Below are positions 56,729 to 64,000 of a DNA stretch of 64,000 nucleotides, piece after piece. Origin of the DNA: Marsupella aquatica. Lineage: Eukaryota; Plantae; Marchantiophyta. Both the position numbers and the translations under genes were made by a program. The stretch is from assembly GCA_973895155.1 (NCBI GenBank), contig OZ316899.1, forward strand, positions 953,573 to 1,017,572. Direction: 5' to 3'. The notes under the pieces are model-generated. The model searched no databases, had not been told where the DNA came from, and saw only the letters and a program-made list of their open reading frames with translations. Each line of letters begins with the position of its first letter. Position 1 is the stretch's first letter.

Positions 56729-56740
56729 GCTCTGATACCA
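56729..56740 (-). other. tRNA-iMet primer binding site without an adjacent LTR
   Basis: TGGTATCAGAGC. A 15-nt partial duplicate lies at 56748..56762. Confidence 0.7.
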
Positions 56741-56861
56741 CAAGTTTAATTGCTCTGATACCTAGCCACCCATCGCCCTCACCAATCCCAGTACTCACGC
56801 CTAAGTGCCCTGGTGCCCGAACACCTCCACGGAATACCTTGAGCAAGCACCCTAGTGCCCC

Positions 56862-58421
56862 ATGGTTAATGAGAAGCCGTTGCGACCCAAGATTCCATCG
56901 GATCCAGAAAGGAAGGCCCGACTTCAGAACAATTTAGAGGCAATGGGCTGTGTGAAGCTACTCGCGTTACCGTGGGGTTACAAGAGTGCAGTGTTTGTGA
57001 AGGAGGTCCAGAATCGTGCGACCCTTACTTTGGAATTTCCAGATTCTATTAGAGGAAACTTGGAAAAGTGGACAGCGACTGTCATTTCATCATTGTTGGA
57101 TGTGTCATTGAAAGGAGAGAGCTTTCTAACTTTGAAGGAGAATTTTGCCGACAACTATTTTGATGGCGAAGTAGATCCAAAGGATGGCTCAAAGGTGTCT
57201 CAGTGCTATAATGAGGAGTTCTTTGATGTCTTGTCCTTTTTGTTACCAATTCTATCCCCTGACAAACCTCGTCGAGTTACAATCCGGATTGGGAATACCA
57301 TTGCCGCTTCCTACATTGGTGAGAAGAAGATTTCTTGGGTGAAGGTGTTGGAGGAGGTCATTGCTAAGGAAGTCCAGAATCTTTATTTGAAGACTCCCAC
57401 CTCCCTTTTGTGCTACCTGGCTAACCTGTACTCCATGGACCGGGTGCTGACAGACAAAGAAGCAGAGGAGTATGAGAACCAAGCCATGTTGGTTCAACTT
57501 GGAGATCCGGACCAGCAACAATCAGAGGGGACAGAATCGGAAGAAGAGCCAGTTGTTGAAGTGCGACCTCCCAGGACCCGGAAGAGGTTAGTTCAAAGTC
57601 CAAAACCGGATCTAGTCAAAGATCCGGAACCTGTCCGGAGACCGGAAAACAGAGGAAGTCTTCCAGGTGTGACCCCAAGTTCCAAGTGGACGGCATAGCA
57701 GAGTTGGAACATGTCCGGATATTCATGGAGAGTGCAACCAGAAAGGCTAAGCAGCTCAAGGATCTCGTAGGGAGAGTTGCTGAGATGCTCAACTGTAGTC
57801 CGGTTGTCATCATTTCCACTTTGGATATGGTGATTAAAGGTCAGGTCAAGAAGAGGATCTGGGACTTAGAAGACCAGGCAGACAAGGACAGAAGGAAGAT
57901 TGACTCCTTGGTAGACCAGTTGGATGTTGCACAAAAGAAGTTGGAGGACCATCTTCAGATCCGAAAGCTTCTTAATGGAGTAGTCACCAGTGTTCAGGAA
58001 GCGTTTCATGTACCGGCCTTAGGCTTGCTGGAAGCCAACCTGATTGATAAGTACTTAGCGACTGCCAACCCATGCACTCTTGCTAAGGTTATTGAGTGCA
58101 ATAACCGGTTTGCCAAGAAGATCACAGGAGCGTTCGACCAGATGGAGAAAGCCATTTCGGATGCAAAGTCCATGTTGACCCCTGTCAGAATCCGGTATGT
58201 CCTATGTGATTACAAATGCAATTGAAGCAGAAGATACCCCACCCAAATTCGAGAAGGTTGAGTTTGGTTTTCCGTCTGTTTCACCTTTGACTATCAGTCC
58301 CCCACGCAGTTCTCCCTTGGACCCAAAGAATGTGGAGGCTACTATTAGTTTTAGGACCCCAACTTCTCAGAAGCCTGTTAGTCCAGTTGATACTACACGT
58401 GAACCAGTTAGAGTAGAGATA
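56862..58421 (+). pseudogene. Retroelement-type accessory ORF (globular domain plus coiled coil), frameshifted near 57680 and cut by CACTA-3
   Basis: The 278-aa ORF has GCVKLLALPWGY...YFDGEVDPKDG...CYNEEFFDVLSFL, resembling the family-A LTR protein domain. It is followed by a heptad-rich 179-aa ORF. Confidence 0.55.
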
Positions 58422-61400
58422 CACTACAACACTATGGCCCTCTATTGCGAACCAGAATCCATTGCAAACAACAAAGGGACACAAAAAATAAATCGTCGCT
58501 TGCGAACCAACCCGCATCGCACTTTCCCATGCCAAGTTCTTCGCAAACGGACCTTCGCAACTTCATCGCAACTTTCAAAGCTAGTGCTTTTGCAAAACAA
58601 ACGCAAACATTGCAATTCCAAAATCTTCCCAAAAAATGCCATTTTTCCACCATCGCCCACGTTGCGATGCAAATACGCTCGGCGGTTTTTCGAAGCAACA
58701 TTGCTTGCAAGTTTGTGAGCAACTTTTTCTCGCAAAGTTGCGATATTGTATGGCTTTTAAATTTCCGATTAGTATTGAATCGCTTCATTGTGAATCTGGG
58801 ACAATCTCAAGATTTACGATTGTCAAACTATCGCAATATTTGCGACATGTCTGTGGACGCTTTTTTTGCGATGAAAATATTCTCTGAAGTTGCGAAGGGA
58901 TGAGTGTCGCAATTGGTTCGCAAAAATGGGGAATCTTTGAAATTGGTTTGTAATTCCAGTTTAGGGTTCAGGCTTAGGGTATGAATGGAATAGGCCTTGT
59001 ATGGAAGGCAGAATGGAAGGTAGAACCCGGAATCCGGAATAGATATGAAATTAATCAAAATATGCAAAATTTACAAAATGTAAAGGTGCTAACCCTTACC
59101 AAAGGGGCATGTCAAATGCCTGGAACATATAAACCCTAACTAAGGGTCTAAACCACTAAAACCTGCCACCTAAACCCTCTAGAAAGGGGACTTCCTTCCC
59201 CTGCTTGCCTTCTTCCCCTTGGCCTTGTCCTTCTCTTTCTCCTTGCCCTTGCCCTTGCGGGTTTGCGCAGGGGGCGGTGGGACCTCCTCCTCCTCTTCCT
59301 GGTCATCCTCCTAGTCCGCTTCCTCATCCCTCTCCTCATCTCCATCCTCCTCCTCTTGGGCTGCTGCACTACCGGAACCACTACCACGGGCTGATGCAAA
59401 AGACTGGTCTCCAGTGCTAGTGGGCCCGACACGACTACCAGGAGCAGTGCTCACATCCTCCTCGTCGCTACTAGCAGTGTCACCCTCCTTGTCAGAGGTA
59501 CTATCCCCCTCTGGTGCCTGTTTCCACACAAACCAAAGGGTACCAATTAGTGGCTTGCCTTTAACCTTAAAAATGTCTTCACAATAATCTGTATCATGAA
59601 TGCCAAGGGTCCAAAAATGTAAAAAGGCTCACCAACAACTCGTCAACTTGCCAAAATAGAGTCTCCTTTCCATGCTTCTGCCCCACACCTCCATTTCTGT
59701 TGGGGTGATCTTCCTCCTGTACTTCTTGTACTATGCATCATCAACACCCACAAAAAACACCCGCAAAAAGAAGAGGAACAGCAAGGCATTAGGCCACATT
59801 AAACCTCAAATCATGTAGGTAGGAAATGTTGGGGTGGGTTTAGGAGGGTTATGGTGGGGGCCAAGGTGTTGGGGCCTTAATGGCCTTAATGGCCAAAACT
59901 TAACATTAAAAAAAAAACCATTTTTGAATTTGCGAAGCCCATACCTTTGCAAAAAGCAGCATGATTATGTTTGCGAAGCTGGTTGTGATGCGCGTTGCTT
60001 CGCAAGTGCTTCGCAAAATCTCCCCAAAAAATATTAATAATAGTGTTTGCAAACATGTTGCAAAGCAACACGCATCGCAAAAGCTTCGCAAACTCTGTTA
60101 TGACCAAAAATTGTGTCCAACCCGAGTGTGTACGACATAAAATGACTTGTAAGGTTCAACAGTAACTACTTACTAGCAAAAGGGAAACAATCGGGTGCCA
60201 TTGCAAATGTCTTGAAACAAGAATTGGAGAAGGAAGGAGTGAAGGGAGGAGAGGGAGGCACTCACGAATGCTGCCTTGAGGCCGGGGAGGCCACCTTGAC
60301 CGAGCCTGTGGGTTATGTTGGGCTTCTCCTGGAAGCGCTCAGCTGCCTTGAGGAATTTCTTGGGCGGATCGTTGACATCTGCCACAACCTATTGGAGTTG
60401 GGCCACCTTTTGCTCCATAGTTTTGAGGTCACGGTCAGACTTCCCGTCCTCTCTCGCCTTCTGGGCCTTTGCCAGCTTCTCAGTGAATTCCTTGAGGAGC
60501 CTGGCTGCTTTGAGCTTCACCTCAGTCTGGTAGAAGGCGTTCCAGACACCCTCAGAGAATTGCAGCGGCCGCTGCAGATTTCTGTACTCCTCCAGGTCTC
60601 TCAGGTGAGCTCTGATCTTCTTCCTATCGTGGTATCTTGCTTGGGACATAGAATTGCCAATTTTGTCTGCAAGCCACTGTGAGTCAATCTCTCCTCCATT
60701 TTGAAATGCATCCTTCACTTGATTCATGACTCGCCTCTGCTCTACCTTCGAAACACTGCCCCACTCAACCCCTCGAGCAAAATTGGTTGACACAATGTGC
60801 CTGATTGTGCTCTTTGCCCCGAGATAAGCCAGCTCTGTTGGAATTCCTTCTTCTTCTAGAGTAATCAGGGGCAGCTTCTTCCTGGCCTCCTCCTTCTTTC
60901 TCTGCTCTTCCCTCTGCTTCCTGATCAGGTCTCGCCTTCCTTCCTTCTCTTCTTTTCCAGGGCATGAGGGGAGAGGACGCCGGCCTTTGCCCTCTCATCT
61001 CTCTTCCTCTTCTTCTCAATAGACTTATGCTTTGCTGCCTTCTTCTCCTCCTCATCCCTTGCTGCGTGCCCTGCAGTCATACCAAATTGCAATGCCTGGC
61101 CTAAAATTGCACTCAATGATCCCAACCCTGCTGGTGTGGTCAAATCTAGTTTGCTCAATTGTGCCACGGAAAAGTACTCGTCCACCATCTTCTGCAGTCG
61201 GTCCTCCCCCCCTCTGTTACCCCCATTGTTACCAGAAGCTCCATCACCTCCAGCACTACCTCCTTCGCTCGCCATCGCTCTGCCCGCACCCTAACCTTCG
61301 CTCTTCCGATGAAAAAATGCACTCTCCCGACCATTCCGCGCTCGGGATTCATAAGGGTCAATGGAGATAGGGTTTGCAAAACTCTACGCATCTCAACTTG

Positions 61401-62447
61401 CGATGCAGAACCTTTCGCAAAAATCATCGCAAACGCCTCCATTTGCGAAGTTATTTTGTTCGCAACGAGGTTTCCGCATGAGATTGCGAAGATGTTCTTC
61501 TCGCACCCATCACATGTGAATTTGAATTTTGAATTAAGGTGGGGGTATACTTAAGTGGGTGTATAAGTGATAAGACTAATAAGCTAAGGTATGTAGGAGG
61601 GGTTTTAAGGTTGGAGGGATATGAAGGAGGGTGTATCCTATTGTTGTTTGAGATTATGGCCAATTTAGGAGAGATAAATGATTTGGGTTTGTTTGAATTA
61701 AGGGTCTAATGGTAATTTTGGAGGGTGAGACCTTGGCTTTGGCATTGGGTACTAACATATGGTAAGAGGGATTTGGCATGTGAAGTTTTGGTCATTTAGG
61801 AGGGTAAGAGGGGTTTTGGCATTTGCTCTTTACAGGAACATAGGAGGGCTTAAGTGGTGAGGGTTTAGGGTCAGATTATGTTAATTTAGGAGGGTAAGAC
61901 CCTCAGCTTTGGCATTTAGGGTTTATGGTAACTTATGAGGGTAAGAGGGGGTTGGTGTTTGGATGTTATGCTAACATAGGAGGGGAACATAATATATAAG
62001 ATGCAGGGTGACCATTACTTTGGTGGATTTTGACAAATGCATAGGCATTGTGGGAGCTTGGGCATCTGAAAGGTACAAGGTGTATGTATTGGTGTGGTTT
62101 TGTTTTTCATTGGACATATATATTTTGGCAAATATATATATATTTTTAGGGGCCCACAACTTGGGGTAAAAGAAGCATTGCAACTTGAGTTGCATACAGT
62201 TTTTCCCTCCTACTCTTAGATATGGTTTTTTGAACCATAAGACTATTAGGCACTATTGAGCCCAAGCTCCATAGAGGTATTTTCCATACTTCATTTGAGG
62301 TTTACAATTTTTAGGGTTTTCCAAGGGTCTAAAGTGGTTCTCTTCTAGAGTTGTTGAAGGGAGGGAATTGAATGAGTTTTTCTCTGTTTGGGTTTATCCT
62401 AACAAATGAGGAAATAAATCTATGCTTACATGATACATTGCAGGCCA
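58422..62447 (-). mobile_element. Third CACTA-like element (CACTA-3), left part; interrupted by a family-A-like LTR at 62448
   Basis: Starts CACTACAACACTA, followed by dense TTGCGA/TCGCAA repeats (~58460..58930). Contains a spliced TnpA-like gene pointing toward this TIR. Confidence 0.6.
59160..61275 (-). pseudogene. Multi-exon CACTA ORF2/TnpA-like (Ptta/En-Spm-type) gene remnant
   Basis: MASEGGSAGG... start and a helical region, then ITHRLGQGGLPGLKAAF|GTGAGT donor at 60265 (similar to the HxxGSKS-type TnpA motif). Final acidic/basic exon after the acceptor at 59518. Several stops or frameshifts. Confidence 0.5.
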
Positions 62448-63687
62448 TGTGATGCCTAGCCAGGAATCACTAAGCCCGGTTTACATGGTAGAGCAGGAGT
62501 GTACCCTGGAAACACCTTAGTATAGGACCAAAAACAAGGAAAATATAAACAATTAAGGGTGACTATGGAACCCGGGCCGAGGCTGGAAGTAAGGACGCCG
62601 GGGGAGAGAACACGATTAGGGTTAGGGCGCGCTAAGCGTCGGCGGCTAGGGGTGACCAACGGGAGGGGAGACCAGAGGAGGAGAGGGGTAAGGACCGCTC
62701 GCGAGGAATAGTGGCTCATTTGCAAGAACAAACTAGGCAAACGACTACGGGAGGCCAAATGCTGTTAGCTGCTTAGACAAGCACTCGGGGTGGGAACAAA
62801 TACCAACGATCGACTCAAGGAGGGTATGAGCAACGTCAATCAAGCGGCACATTTTTGGGGATGCCTGTTCGAACGGGCAGGTGAGTACGTCAGGACTTAC
62901 GAGGACGAAGAATCGGAGAGAGCAGCTCAAGAATGGCAGGAGCTCGCTCGGCTCTGGGAACTACAGAAGATGGCTTTCTTAGGAGGAGAACTTATCAAGG
63001 CCGAGTTCTTGTGGACTCCTACTGCCAATCAGCTTGACGACCTTCTGTTTTGCGAAAACAGAATCGTCGGCATCCGGGAAGCCATAAATCGCTGCAACGA
63101 CCTACACTGGGAGTTGAAGGGTAACACGGAGGGGTGGACAAAGGCAACCTTGCTAGGAGAAACATCCACGGTAGCCGAGATGAAGAGGAAAGGAAACAAC
63201 AACGAAGAGGCCACACCGGCAAAAAGAACGAGGTCGGCGGCACCTAGGAAGCCAGCAGAGCAGTAGAGCAGGACAAGGGGAGAAGCCGATGAGGAAGAGG
63301 TCGATCCCATCAATGCCATTCCAACAAACAATAACACCTGGAAAGGCTGGGCGGCGACCCTACCGGAGGAAGTGCAATTACACTTTGCACGGGAGGAGGA
63401 TGCATGCTTTACGGCCATGCAGACCAAGAAGTACCAAGGCTTCATGGCCGGATCCGGCTTGGAAGCCTTCGTAAGATTACCATGGCTGAAGCCGGAGGTG
63501 CCGGACTCAGACTTATTAGAATTCGTGGGATCATGGGAACCCGAGACCAATTCCACGAGGGTGTATGGGAAGGATTTCTATCTCACTCCCCGGGTGATTG
63601 TTGAGGTGTTTGGCTTGCCGATGGGTAATAAGACCAAGGTTGATACCAGGAAGACCTTACCTGACAAGGAGTTCTGGTCATTCCCAG
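62448..63687 (+). repeat. 5' part of a diverged family-A LTR with a degenerate LTR ORF (ATG 62565)
   Basis: Starts TGTGATGCCTAG and encodes ...GMSNVNQAAHFWGCLFERA...GLEAFVRLPWLKPEVP... with several TAG stops. Preceded by GGCCA, with no PPT. Confidence 0.9.
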
Positions 63688-64000
63688 TGTGAGATAAGGA
63701 TGTTTATAAAGAAGGGTTAACTAACCATAAATTTTAGAATTTTTACGTTTAAGATCTCAAATGAGGCTGAAGAGGGACCTGAAGACTACTTTGAAGTGTT
63801 ATGAGACTTTCAAGCCCATCTGAGGTCAACCCGGATTGATATTAGAGAAGGAGGATCGACCCGGAACTTTTTACTATAAGCCTTGAATGAGATATAAAGC
63901 TTATACCAAGACTCTACTCAACAACAGCTGTCCATTGCCAAAGTTTTTAAAACCATAAGTCAAACACAGGCACGACCACAGCAGAATCCGGATATAAGGA
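63688..64000. mobile_element. Unrelated insertion into the diverged LTR, possibly the start of another LTR
   Basis: Homology to family A stops abruptly at TTCCCAG|TGTGAGATAAGG; the new AT-rich sequence begins TG. Confidence 0.4.

Noticed and set aside
58196-58232. GTATGT...GCAG as an intron joining the 179-aa and 173-aa ORFs
   Set aside because: Only ~35 nt, too short for a typical plant intron; a frameshift explains it equally well.

Overview
Eukaryotic, almost certainly land-plant, DNA; a non-seed plant is plausible but is inference only. I found no recognisable host gene: the window is a stack of nested transposons. (1) Family A is an Athila-like Ty3/gypsy LTR retrotransposon on the minus strand, present as two near-identical copies: <1..11367, and 24263..52298 with TSD CCCCT. 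Its LTR is 4657 bp (TG...CA, bounded by PPT, PBS and TSD) and contains a 1206-aa ORF, so each element carries this gene twice. gag-pro and pol are joined by a -1 frameshift signal (G GAU UUU, a 10-bp stem and a possible pseudoknot). (2) Two diverged family-A LTR pieces (17220..19220 and 62448..63687, + strand) keep the same termini and the same ORF. (3) Family B is a related element with one intact gag-pol ORF, 3165-bp LTRs, TSD CCTTT and a PBS 20 nt from the LTR; it sits inside the 5' LTR of A copy 2 (39337..51829). (4) There are three partial CACTA/En-Spm elements. CACTA-1 (11368..17216) carries a SET-domain gene between an exon with a transposase-associated-like Cys/His motif and the TnpD core, with splice sites that fit a cassette exon. 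(5) The rest is a ~705-bp tandem repeat plus older gag, PBS and accessory-ORF remnants. The best candidates for new biology are the LTR-encoded protein and the CACTA SET cassette. Domain names come from motif recognition by eye; no searches were run.
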